Source: Sedimentisphaerales bacterium
GTDB lineage: Bacteria > Planctomycetota > Phycisphaerae > Sedimentisphaerales > SM23-30
Length of the DNA: 64,000 nt
Reading direction: 5' to 3'
Assembly (NCBI GenBank): GCA_963663805.2
Contig: CAXXMR010000018.1
Coordinates: 96,001-160,000 of the forward strand
The notes beneath the pieces are model-generated. The model worked only from the letters and a program-made list of their open reading frames with translations, made no database searches and was not told the DNA's origin. The position numbers were made by a program, and so were the translations under genes. This document shows, one piece after another, positions 9,983 through 20,580 of the stretch. The stretch's first letter is position 1. Every line of letters begins with the position of its first letter.

Positions 9983-11008
9983 GTGAAAGAATTACCGGCA
10001 AAAATTAAAAATGTTGAAATCCTGGATGAACTTTTGACCAGGCCTTCTGAGGCTTTAGTTTCTTATTTTAAGGGACTTAAAGGCAATGTGATGATATTGG
10101 GAGCGGGGGGTAAGATCGGACCGACCATGGCAATGAGGGCTCAGCAGGCCTTTGCCGAAGCTGGCGGTAAAGGTAAGGTTTTGGCTGTCGATGTTATGGA
10201 GCTGGATGGTCTGGCAGCTAAAGGGATTGAGACTATCAAGTGTGATATGCTGGATTTGGAGGCGGTTAAGCAACTGCCGCAAGTTGAGAATATTGTGTAT
10301 ATGGTTGGTCGTAAGTTTGGCTCGACCGGTAGTGAATGGCTGACGTGGGCTGTCAATGTGATGGTTCCGCATAATGTGGCTCAGGTCTTTACTGATTCGC
10401 GGATAGCTGTATTTTCCACGGGATGTGTGTATCCGGTGGTTGATGTTTATAGTGGTGGGGCGGTGGAGTCTGACAGTCCTAACCCAGTTGGTGAATACGC
10501 GGTAAGTTCGCTGGGTCGGGAGCGGGTATTTGATTATTACGCGGCGGAAAAAGGTGAGAAGGTATTGCAGGTTCGTCTTAACTATGCTTTAGAGCTTCGC
10601 TATGGGGTTCTGGTTGATATTGCGACCAAGGTATTCCAGGGCGAAGATGTGGACGTGACTACTGGTTTTATGAACGGAATCTGGCAGGGTGACTGTTGTG
10701 ACCAGGTTCTAAGGAGTTTTGATTTAGCGACCAGCCCGAGTTCGGTTTTGAACATCACAGGGCCTGAGACATTGTCGGTTCGCTGGATTGCTCAGAGGTT
10801 TGGTGAGTTGTTTGGTAAGGAGGTACGGATAGTTGGTCAGGAAAACGGAAAGGCTTATTTGAGTAACGCGGCGAAGGCGAACTCTATTTTTGGCAATCCG
10901 GAGGTTTCTATCGGTAAGATTATCGAATGGGTGGCGGACTGGGTGCAGCTCGGTGGTGAGAATATTGGTAAGCCGACACACTTTGAGACTCAAGATGGGA
11001 AGTACTAA
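9983..11008 (+). CDS. NAD-dependent epimerase/dehydratase family protein
   Basis: GAGGKIG Rossmann motif, STGCVY, GEYAVS; GTG start after a GGAG RBS. Confidence 0.85.
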   Translation: MKELPAKIKNVEILDELLTRPSEALVSYFKGLKGNVMILGAGGKIGPTMAMRAQQAFAEAGGKGKVLAVDVMELDGLAAKGIETIKCDMLDLEAVKQLPQVENIVYMVGRKFGSTGSEWLTWAVNVMVPHNVAQVFTDSRIAVFSTGCVYPVVDVYSGGAVESDSPNPVGEYAVSSLGRERVFDYYAAEKGEKVLQVRLNYALELRYGVLVDIATKVFQGEDVDVTTGFMNGIWQGDCCDQVLRSFDLATSPSSVLNITGPETLSVRWIAQRFGELFGKEVRIVGQENGKAYLSNAAKANSIFGNPEVSIGKIIEWVADWVQLGGENIGKPTHFETQDGKY

Positions 11009-11818
11009 ATGAAAATCGCGAGGGTGTCGGACACCAAGGGTAATATTGTATTGGCGGCACAACAGGCTGATGGCAGCTATCTTCGTTGTAAAGGTCATAA
11101 TATAGCTGAGATTGGCCTGGGTGATGTGACCGGAGAGTGTGTTGAGGTAAGTGAGTTTATGTCGCCGCTGGAGCCGCGTGCGGTGATCTGTGTCGCGGCG
11201 AGCTATCGGGCTCATATCGATGAATGTAATATGGAAGAGCAGCCTGATCCTATTATTTTCATGAAAAATCCCGCCAGTGTCAATGCTCATCAGCAGGCAA
11301 TACGGATACCTTCTATCTGTGCAGATGAAGTTGATTATGAAGGTGAACTGGCGTTGTATATCGGCAGGGACTGTCTGAATGTCAGTGCGGCTGAGGCGCA
11401 AGATTATATTTTGGGCTATACGGTGGCGAATGATGTTTCCGCTCGCAGCTGGCAGTTGGAGCGGGGCGGGGGGCAGTGGGTTCGCGGTAAGGGTTTCGAT
11501 AGTTTCGCTCCTCTGGGGCCGGTACTGGTAACGCCGGACGAGATTGGCGATGTGAAAAATCTGCGGATAACAACGACGCTGAACGGGCAGATGGTACAGG
11601 ATTCAAATACATCTTATATGATTCGCGATGTTTATGAGCTGGTGAGCTTCTTGTCTCAGGGTACGACTTTGTTAGCTGGTACGGTGATCCTGACTGGGAC
11701 ACCTGAAGGTGTGGGGTGGGCGCGTCAGCCGCGTCTGCTGCTTCAGGACGGTGATGATGTTGTGGTTGAGATAGAAAATGTGGGCAAATTAGTAAACCAT
11801 GTTGTTCGGGAAAAATAA
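11009..11818 (+). CDS. fumarylacetoacetate hydrolase family protein
   Basis: VDYEGELA, GYTVANDVSAR, KGFDSFAPLGP, ILTGTPEGVG. Confidence 0.93.
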   Translation: MKIARVSDTKGNIVLAAQQADGSYLRCKGHNIAEIGLGDVTGECVEVSEFMSPLEPRAVICVAASYRAHIDECNMEEQPDPIIFMKNPASVNAHQQAIRIPSICADEVDYEGELALYIGRDCLNVSAAEAQDYILGYTVANDVSARSWQLERGGGQWVRGKGFDSFAPLGPVLVTPDEIGDVKNLRITTTLNGQMVQDSNTSYMIRDVYELVSFLSQGTTLLAGTVILTGTPEGVGWARQPRLLLQDGDDVVVEIENVGKLVNHVVREK

Positions 11819-11821
11819 TTG

Positions 11822-12913
11822 ATGGCAGCAGACAATAAAATTTTGAATGTGGCGATTGTGGGTCTGGGGCATCTGCATCCGCGCGGGTATATGTCACTGT
11901 TTGATAATTGCGGTCGAACCAGGGTGGTTAGTGCTTATGATGCTGATGGGGCGTTGGTTGAAAGTTTTGCCGGTAATTACGGAATCAAAGGTTATTCTGA
12001 CATCGATAAAATGCTCGATAGCGAGAAGCTGGATATGGCGGTTATTTTTCTGCCGCATTGTGATTGTGCCGACGCGGCCATCAAATTCGCTCAGCGTGGT
12101 GTGCATTTAATGATAGAAAAACCTATCGCCCATACTTCCGCGGATGTTAAACGCCTGATGGTTGTTGCTGATGCCAACGGGGTGAAAGTGACGACAGGCT
12201 ATTGCTGGCGGTATCACCCGGTAATCAAGCAAATGAAAGAATGCATTGGAAATGGGATTTTAGGTGATATTGTGTCGATTGAGGCTCGATTGGCGGCGGG
12301 CAAAGTTGAACGTTATATTGCGTGCAATTCGGCGTGGATGCTGGAAAAGGCCAAGTCCGGGGGTGGTCCGATGTATAATCTGGGCGTGCATTGGATTGAT
12401 ATAATGAATTATCTGTTGGGGGCTTCGGCAGTTGAAGTTTGTGCGTGCAATACACAGACTTCGGATAAATATGATATTGAAGACAGTTCGATGGCCATGC
12501 TGAAGTTTGGTTTGGGGGTTACGGCTATGCTGTCGGTTAGTTATATCGTGCCGGATTGTTTTCCCTGTGGTCGCGATCTGTATCTGGGGGTTAAGGGCAG
12601 CAAAGGGTTGTTGAGTTATTGCCCAAAATATGAAGGTGAGCAGGCCGGCGGGGTGGTTCAGACGGATGTTTTGGAGATTTACAGCGATAGTGAAAAAATG
12701 GCAGGCGCGGCGGCGCGGCAATACTCATTTCAACTAAACAAGGTGCCCGGCTATTCCGGTTATATGGGACAGGCCTACGTCGATGATTTTGTTGACGCGA
12801 TATTACAGGGGCGTGAACCGTTTATCAGAGTGGATGAAGCTTTGGATGTTCTAAAAGTGGTTGAGGCAATTTATCAGTCCGACAGTGATAAGAAATGGAT
12901 AGAGGTGAAGTGA
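11822..12913 (+). CDS. Gfo/Idh/MocA oxidoreductase
   Basis: VAIVGLG, IEKP, GGGPMYNLGVHWID. Confidence 0.9.
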   Translation: MAADNKILNVAIVGLGHLHPRGYMSLFDNCGRTRVVSAYDADGALVESFAGNYGIKGYSDIDKMLDSEKLDMAVIFLPHCDCADAAIKFAQRGVHLMIEKPIAHTSADVKRLMVVADANGVKVTTGYCWRYHPVIKQMKECIGNGILGDIVSIEARLAAGKVERYIACNSAWMLEKAKSGGGPMYNLGVHWIDIMNYLLGASAVEVCACNTQTSDKYDIEDSSMAMLKFGLGVTAMLSVSYIVPDCFPCGRDLYLGVKGSKGLLSYCPKYEGEQAGGVVQTDVLEIYSDSEKMAGAAARQYSFQLNKVPGYSGYMGQAYVDDFVDAILQGREPFIRVDEALDVLKVVEAIYQSDSDKKWIEVK

Positions 12914-13899
12914 TGCGGGTTGTGATTACGGATTATATCGAGGATGACCTTAACTGGGAAGCTGAGGAGCTTAAAAAGCTGGGGATTGATTTTGAGGCTT
13001 GCCAATTGAAGTTTCGGCCGGAAGATGAAGTTCTGGCGAAGGTTCAGGGTGCCGAGGTTATCGTGGTGAATATGGTCAAGTTTGATGAGTCGCTTATCTC
13101 AAAGCTGACAAATTGTAAGCTGATTATTCGGCACGGCATAGGCTATGACAATGTTGATGTCGAGGCTTGCACGAGGCAGGGGATACAGTTCGCGTATCAG
13201 CCGGATTATTGCAAAACTGACGTGGCGGAGCACACTATCGCTCTGATTTTCGCTTGTGGGCGGAAGGTGCCGTTTAGCAGAAGGACGCTTGATGAATCCA
13301 GTGCGAGCGGGCAATGGGATTTTTCGGAGCTTTTCCCGATTTATCGCATGGAAGGCAAGACGCTGGGTATTCTGGGGCTGGGAAGAATCGGCAGCAGGGT
13401 GTTTCATAAGCTGAAATCTTTTGGGTTTCGGATAATTGGTTGTGACCCTTATCTGAGCGAAAAACGCAAGGCTGACCTTGTGGGTGTGGAATGGGTGGAT
13501 AAGGAAACGATTTTCAAAGAGTCTGATTTTCTGACGGTGCATACGCCTTTGAATGACGAGACGCGACATATCGTTAACGCTGATACCTTGTCGCTGATGA
13601 AGCCGACGGCGTGTGTTGTCAATACTTCGCGGGGTGGAATGGTTGATGCTGAAGCCTTAGCGACGGCATTAAAGAATAATCAAATCGCTGGTGCGGCGAT
13701 AGATGTTTTTGAGGTAGAGCCGCCCAGCCCGGAGCTGACGTTGTTTGGGCTGGACAATGCGATCCTTACGCCCCATATCGGCTGGGCGTCGCATGAGGCA
13801 GCCTGGGAGATACGGCAGAGTATTTTCGATGACATTATCGCGGCCTCAAAAGGGCAGGACGCTCGTTGTGTGGTTAATAAAATACGTAGAGGGAATTAA
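12913..13899 (+). CDS. D-isomer-specific 2-hydroxyacid dehydrogenase
   Basis: GIGYDNVD, GLGRIG, VNTSRG, DVFEVEP, TPHIGW. Confidence 0.92.
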   Translation: MRVVITDYIEDDLNWEAEELKKLGIDFEACQLKFRPEDEVLAKVQGAEVIVVNMVKFDESLISKLTNCKLIIRHGIGYDNVDVEACTRQGIQFAYQPDYCKTDVAEHTIALIFACGRKVPFSRRTLDESSASGQWDFSELFPIYRMEGKTLGILGLGRIGSRVFHKLKSFGFRIIGCDPYLSEKRKADLVGVEWVDKETIFKESDFLTVHTPLNDETRHIVNADTLSLMKPTACVVNTSRGGMVDAEALATALKNNQIAGAAIDVFEVEPPSPELTLFGLDNAILTPHIGWASHEAAWEIRQSIFDDIIAASKGQDARCVVNKIRRGN

Positions 13900-13901
13900 A
13901 G

Positions 13902-15233
13902 ATGACAATCGCAAATGTAAAAGCACCGTTGCCGGGTCCGCAGGGTAAGGCACTTTTGGGAAAATGGCACAAATACGAAGCCGACGTGGTGGGTTATCAG
14001 GCCCCGGTGGTCTGGGAAAATGCCAAGGGTTGTGTGGTTACGGATGTTGACGGCAACCGTTTTATCGACTGGACTTCGGGCGTGCTGGTTACTAATGTGG
14101 GACACTGCCATGAGCATCTGGTTAAAGCCACTCAGCGGGCTTCGGAGGATTTGCTGAATAATTATGAATGTGCCAACACTTACCGGATCGAGGCGGCGGA
14201 GAAACTTGCCAGGGCTTTGCCGAAGAATCTGGATAAATGTTTCTTTTTGTCAACCGGTTCTGAGGCGGTAGAGGCTTCTTTGCGGCTGATGAAGCGGTTT
14301 ACGGGTAATTTCGAGATTGTTTGTTTTGGTGGTGGTTTTCACGGTCGTACGCCGGGAGCGTCATCTGTAGGAGGTCTGGTTGGACCGAAAAAGAAGTATG
14401 GCCCGGTTATTCCCGGCGCGATTCGGGCACCTTTTCCTAATCCCTATCGTGACGATTTGGGTTTTTGTGATGACGGGCCGGAATTTAAGAAATATTTTGA
14501 TTTTCTGGATTATATCGTCGCGACGAACTCGACAGGTTCTTTAGCGGGTGTTATTGTCGAGCCTTATCAGGGGGCGGGTGGTTTTGTTTTTCCGCCGGCC
14601 GGCTGGCTCAAACGTCTGCGTCAGTGGACACGCGAGCGGGGGATTCTGTTTACGTTGGATGAAGTGCAGGCTTCATACGGTCGGACAGGGAAAATGTGGG
14701 CATGTGAGCATGAGGACATTGCTCCGGATATTATGGCATTGGGCAAAGGGATCGGCAGCGGTGTTTCGGTGTCGGCGGTTTGTTCGACCAGTGAGATATT
14801 TGGTTGTTTGGTCAAGGGAGAGATGAGCAGTACGTATGGCGGCAATCCGGTTGCCAGTGCGGCGGTGACGGCGGTGTTGGAGATTTTTGAGCGGGAAAAT
14901 CTTGTCGAAAATTCCGCGAAGATGGGTGCTTATCTGAAAGAGCGGCTGAAAAAGATTGCTGATAAATGTGATTATCTGGGTGATGTTCGTGGTATGGGGC
15001 TGGTAATGGGGCTGGAGTTTGTTAAGGACAAAGCAACCAAAGAACCCGCACCGGAGCTTATCAAGCCTATCATCAATGAATGTGCTGATAATGGCTTGCT
15101 GGTTGGTTCGGTAGGAATGTATGGTAATGTGCTGCGGGTAGCACCGCCTCTTACGATAAATCGCGAGCAAGCAGATGAAAGCCTGGCAATTATGGAAAAA
15201 AGTTTTGCGGGGAATAAAACTGTTAATGGATGA
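13902..15233 (+). CDS. class III PLP aminotransferase (GabT-like)
   Basis: STGSEAVE, GFHGRT, EPYQG, DEVQASYGRTG, LGKGIG, STYGGNP. Confidence 0.92.
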   Translation: MTIANVKAPLPGPQGKALLGKWHKYEADVVGYQAPVVWENAKGCVVTDVDGNRFIDWTSGVLVTNVGHCHEHLVKATQRASEDLLNNYECANTYRIEAAEKLARALPKNLDKCFFLSTGSEAVEASLRLMKRFTGNFEIVCFGGGFHGRTPGASSVGGLVGPKKKYGPVIPGAIRAPFPNPYRDDLGFCDDGPEFKKYFDFLDYIVATNSTGSLAGVIVEPYQGAGGFVFPPAGWLKRLRQWTRERGILFTLDEVQASYGRTGKMWACEHEDIAPDIMALGKGIGSGVSVSAVCSTSEIFGCLVKGEMSSTYGGNPVASAAVTAVLEIFERENLVENSAKMGAYLKERLKKIADKCDYLGDVRGMGLVMGLEFVKDKATKEPAPELIKPIINECADNGLLVGSVGMYGNVLRVAPPLTINREQADESLAIMEKSFAGNKTVNG

Positions 15234-16470
15234 GACTAAACTAAAAAACGCAACGACAGATTTACTGCCTGATATTCAGCGGTTTCTGGTTGATTTGATG
15301 AAGTTTCCTTCCACGCCTGGGCAGGAGCATCAGGCGATGTTGTTCTTATGTGAGGAATTTTCCAAACTCAATGCCGAGGTTGAGAAGATTTCGCTGAGCA
15401 ATAAGATTAAGGATGACCCGGATTACAGCAGTCCTGTCACTGGTATTGAATATGAGGGACGGTTTAATCTTCGCGTTTGCCGAAAAGGTCAGGGGGGCGG
15501 CAAGACTTTACCTGCTCAACGCTCATTGTGATGTTGTGCCTGCGTCGGAGGGAATGGCTTGACGCTTTTTCGGGCAGGGTTGAAGGTGGGGTTGTTCTAT
15601 GGCAGAGGGGCTTGTGATGATAAAGGTTCAATCGCGACAATATATTTATTGTTCGGGCTTATTGAGCGTTTGGGTTTGGAATTGGCCGGCGATGTGGTTG
15701 CCCATATTGTTGTCGAAGAAGAAAACGGTGGCAATGGTTCGCTGGCAATGGCCCGTCAGGGGGAAAAGGCCGACACATGTATCGTACTGGAGCCTACGGA
15801 AAATCTTATTCTTACCTCGATAAGAGAGCAGTCTGGTTTCGGATAGATTTTATGGAACAGCGGGCCATAGTGGTCAGGTCGGCCAAACCAAAAGCGCTCT
15901 GCTTATGGCCCATGAAGCTATTGATATTCTTACGGCATACCATAAACAATTGCTGGATGGTTCCCGGTCGATAAATTTGTTTGATAAATACGAAAATCCT
16001 ATGCCAATTACTTTTGGCCGACTCGATGCGGGTAACTGGCCGGCATCAGCGCCAAATAAGGCAACCCTGGAAGGTGTGTTGGGTTTCCTGCCCAATAAAA
16101 CCAAAGAGCAGATTTGCGACGAGATAAAACAGGCATTACTGGAAAACAGCCGGATTGCTGGATGCCGATAATTTCCAGTTGTCATTTACTTACCGGCATG
16201 ATTGCAGCGTTATGGATCCCGGCCATCTGGCGGTTGAAATGCTGAAAAGGGCTAATGATCTTTGTGATATTTGAAAGTGATGTCGATGCCATGACTGCCA
16301 GTTGTGACGCGTGGTTTTATAATAATCAGTTGAACATCCCCACTCTGGTTTATGGGCCCGGTACGCTTAAAATGGCTCACTCGCGGGAACGAGCAAATCC
16401 GCCTTGCGGATATTTCTGACGCAGGCCGGGTTTTATGCCAATTTACAGAGAGTTTTTGCGGAGAATAATA
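15226..16470 (+). pseudogene. M20/ArgE-DapE family peptidase or deacylase, multiply frameshifted
   Basis: NAHCDVVP, YGRGACDDKG, VEEENGG, IVLEPT motifs in successive frames. Confidence 0.8.
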
Positions 16471-17531
16471 TGCAGGCTTTGGTCAAGACGGCAAAAGGTG
16501 TAGGCAATATAGAACTGCGTGATGTTCCGGTCCCGGTGGCGGGTGATGATGAGGTTTTGATTAAGATTGCCGCTTGCGGGATTTGCGGTACGGATGTGCA
16601 TGTCAAGCATGATAATTTTCCGTATTGGCCGCCGGTGATTTTGGGGGCATGAGTTTGCCGGGGAGGTCGTGGGCGTTGGCAAGGGGGTGTGTGACGCTTA
16701 AAGAAGGCGACCGTTGTGGTGGTGGCAGAACCGCACACAAGGGCCTGTGGACGTTGTTATTTGTGTCGTACGGGGCAATATACAGATATGTTCGGAGAAG
16801 CGTTCGCCGGGCTGGGGGATCAATGGCGGAATGGCTGGATATATTGCTTATCCGGGACAAACTTCTTGCATAAGATCCCCGACAAGATGATGTGGGATCA
16901 GGCTGTTATGATCGAGCCGGTGGCTAATATTGTGACCGACCTGCTGGAACGCACGCGAATCGAACCGGGGTGATTTTGTGGTAGTGCAGGGGCCCGGTCC
17001 GATAGGACTGATCGCCGCTGATGGCGGCTCGTGCGGCCGGGGCACGTGAAGTGGTGATCATTGGCACGCCGGGCGATGTTGATCTACGCTTCGCTAAGGC
17101 AAAGGAGTGTGGGATTCAAACATTTAATAAATGTTGCTCAGAGCGATCCAGTGGAAATTGTTGCGGAATGACCGATGGGTTGGGTAGCCGACGTTGTAGT
17201 AGAGTGCAGCGGGGCCGGTGCAAGCCATCAAGATGATTCCTGATATATTGAAAAAGATGGGGGGCGGGTTTGTGTTGTCGGTTTGAACTGGTGGCAAGAA
17301 TATAGAAGTACCGTGGGACAAATTTGCTTTCAAAGTAGCAACAGTGATTTTTCATCTTTCGACGTTTTATACCTCGTGGGATAAATCAATCGAACTGGTT
17401 GGCGTCCGGTAAAATTGAAGCGGAAAAGCTTATTTCCCACAATCTCCCCCTGTCTCAATGGTCTGATGGATTCGAAGCAATTGAAAAACTTGAGGCATTA
17501 AAGGTAGTTTTGGGTGCCGGAAGCAAAGTAG
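16470..17531 (+). pseudogene. Zn-dependent alcohol/sorbitol-type dehydrogenase, multiply frameshifted
   Basis: CGICGTD, GHE, CGRCYLC, GPGPIG motifs in different frames. Confidence 0.82.
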
Positions 17532-17540
17532 AGGTTAATA

Positions 17541-18619
17541 ATGAGCAAGGAAAAAGGTTTCGGTATAGTGGGGGCGGGTTTGATTTCATCTTTTCATCTG
17601 AAAGCAATTCGCGATTGCCAGGGCGGTTACGCGGTAGGTATATTTGATGTCCGTCCCGAAAGTGCTGCCTAAGATGGCTCAGAATATAATATTACGCCTT
17701 ACGATAGTCTTGACGAGATGCTTGATGACCCGGCAATTGATATTGTTTGTGTTGGCACACCCAATCATTTGCACGGCGATATTGTCAAGGCTGCGGCAGC
17801 TAAAGGTAAACATATTCTGACCGAAAACCGCCGGCTATGAATCTTTGGGGAAAATGACCAAATGCAGGAGGCTTGCGATAAAGCCGGGGTGAAGTACGGT
17901 TGTTTTGTGCAAAGTCGTACCAGAAAATCTATTCAGGCCATCAAACAGGCTGTCGATTCAGGACGTTTCGGTAAAATATTGCACGCTGACGCATATATGA
18001 AATGGTTCCGTCCTCAGGATTATTATCAAAGTGCTGGTTGGCGTGGTCAAAAGCGTTGCGGCAGTGGTGTTACGGTTGCCCAGGGTTTTCATTATATCGA
18101 CCTTTTGCAGTATTTAGCCGGTCCGGTTGTCGGCGTTGAAGCGAAGATGGCCAATATCGCTCATCCAGGGCATTGCTTTGGAAGATGATGTGGTCGCTCA
18201 CCTTGAGTTCGCTTGCGGGGCGCGTGGGTTGGTTCAGCTTTCCATCTGCGTTATGGCCGGGCACGGATATTCGAATCGAGATTAACGGCACTGACGGTAC
18301 CGCGGGTAATGTGTGGCGAAACCCTTACGACCTGGAAGTTTAAAGACAACAGGCCGGAAGATAAGGATATATTAGGTCTGGGCAGTTCCAGTCAGGCTAC
18401 CGGTGCCGGCGGAGGCCGCGGATTTCGGTCACAATGACCATGCTGTGGTCTAGTGCAGGATATGATTGATGCGATTGCCACTAACCAGGGAAGTGATAAT
18501 CCCGACCCACTCTGTACGTCCGACATTGGAAAATCGTGCTGGGGATGTATCAATCAGCTGCCCGGAAAGCTCCGGTGAGCTGGCCGATTGTTGATGATGA
18601 AACTATTTGGGACAGCTAG
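17541..18619 (+). pseudogene. Gfo/Idh/MocA oxidoreductase, multiply frameshifted
   Basis: GFGIVGAG start, TPNHLH, EKP, QGFHYID fragments. Confidence 0.78.
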
Positions 18620-18637
18620 GTCGAGAAGATATTTGTG

Positions 18638-19568
18638 ATGATAAAAATAGGCTTAGTCAATATCGATACCTCGCACCCACTGGAGTTTTCCAGGTATCTC
18701 AACTTAACCGGAAGAGCACGCTATACCGCAGTTTACAATGACGGTTTTCAGGACCGATTGTGAAGTAAACAGTTTTATGCGTCAGGCAGGTATTGGTAAA
18801 CCGCTGCGATTCAATCGCGCAGTTGGCTCAGTGTGTTGATATTGGCTTTATTCATTCCTGCAACTGGGACAATCATCTTGAGCAGGACACGTTATTTTAT
18901 TGACGCCGGTAAGCCGGTTTTCATCGATAAGCCGGTTGTCGGAAATATAGCTGATTGCCGTGAATTGGAACAACTTGCAGATGACAGAGCGGTAATTCTG
19001 GGTGGTTCATCAGTCCCTTACGCTGAGGAAATCACAAGTTTCCTGGCATTACCTGAATCTGAACGCGGTAAAATACTTAATATTTTTGGTACTTCGGGCG
19101 TTGATAGTTTCAATTACGCTATTCATATTGTTCAGGCGATTCAGCGTATTGCTCAGTCAGATGCGGTATCGGTTGGCTTTTTGGGCCAACATAAGATTAA
19201 TAGTCAGATTAGTGAATCATATTCCATTAAATTTGAAAACGATGTTACCGCGGTGTATCATTCTGTGACCGGTTTATGGCAGCCTTTCGTGATTGTTATA
19301 ATGACCACGACCGGCACCTGGCATTTTCAGATTGATACGACGAAAATATATGGACAGTTACTTGACCCGTATCTGCGATTTTATGGAGACCGGCGATAAT
19401 CAACTTGTCTCGGTTGCCCAATTAGCCCATACCACAAAAATTATGCTCGCAGGCCGTATCTCAAGAATGTATGCCTGCGGCGATATGCATCTGAGCGATA
19501 TTCCCCGAAGTGACCCCGGCTTTAATGGCCGTGATTTTGAAATTGAATATGCTCAGAGATGTCGTTGA
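18638..19568 (+). pseudogene. Gfo/Idh/MocA-like oxidoreductase, frameshifted
   Basis: MIKIGLVNIDTSHP start, GKPVFIDKP, YAIH. Confidence 0.7.
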
Positions 19569-19760
19569 TACTTTAGATATATCTATTGAATTGTAGTGAT
19601 TGGGTTGGGTATTAGTTAAAGTAAATACATTAATCTTTTGTTGCCGGCGGGGAAAATTGCGACCAATACGGCATTTATGTGTAAGGTTCCGGCCAAGTGC
19701 ATCTTGCGGGGTTCTTTGAAAAATTGATAATACGGCTCATGATTTAATGGAGAGGCAATC

Positions 19761-20111
19761 ATGGGCAAAGCGCGAAAATCTGATACGGAACAGCGGCAGT
19801 TTTGGCGGATGGTGCTGGAGACATTTCAATCCAGTGGGTTATCCGTTCGTCAGTTTTGTCGGCAGGAAGGTTTATCTGAGCCATCTTTTTATTCCTGGCG
19901 CAGGCGTCTGACCCAAGCCCGAAACTCTGATTACGACAGCAAGTCAGAGGCGCAGCCGGAGGCCTTCATTCGCGTTTCGATGCCCCCGTCCCAGCCCGGT
20001 TCTCTGGAGCTTGTTCTGGCGGCTGGCCATACATTGCGGATACCTTCAAATATCGACGATGCATTTTTAACCGGCGTTCTTTCCGCGCTAAAACAGGCAA
20101 AGCTATGCTAA
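19761..20111 (+). CDS. tnpA: IS66 accessory protein TnpA
   Basis: W...SGLSVRQFCRQEGLS..SFYSWRRRL. Confidence 0.9.
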   Translation: MGKARKSDTEQRQFWRMVLETFQSSGLSVRQFCRQEGLSEPSFYSWRRRLTQARNSDYDSKSEAQPEAFIRVSMPPSQPGSLELVLAAGHTLRIPSNIDDAFLTGVLSALKQAKLC

Positions 20112-20464
20112 CTCTGCCCCCGGCGGTGAAGATTTTCATTTACTCTCAGCCGACGGATATGCGTTGCGGTTTTAACAAGCTTTCGATGCTGGCGGAAAAC
20201 TTCATGCTTCAAGATTCGTTCAGCGGCCATCTGTTTGTGTTCTTCAATAAACGCGGCGACAAATGTAAGATTCTTTTCTGGGACCGCACCGGATTCGTCG
20301 TTTGGTATAAGCGGCTGGAGGAAGGCACGTTTGAAAAAATCCCCGGCAAAAATAATCAGGCATCAATCGAAGTTGATATTGCCAAGCTAAGCTGGATACT
20401 GGAAGGCATTGATTTATTTCGCAGTCGCCGCCGAAAACGCTATGAGCGTAAAAGCTCGCTATAG
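20105..20464 (+). CDS. tnpB: IS66 accessory protein TnpB
   Basis: PTDMRCGF, LFVFFN, KILFWD, KRLEEGTF. Confidence 0.93.
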   Translation: MLTLPPAVKIFIYSQPTDMRCGFNKLSMLAENFMLQDSFSGHLFVFFNKRGDKCKILFWDRTGFVVWYKRLEEGTFEKIPGKNNQASIEVDIAKLSWILEGIDLFRSRRRKRYERKSSL

Positions 20465-20580
20465 GCTCTTAGAGTTAAGAATATTACATATTTTCTCATT
20501 TTTATGCTTGCTTTTTTCATCATTTCGCTTATCATAATCTCATCGTTAAGGATGACGAAGTTACTAAACGTTACGGATTG

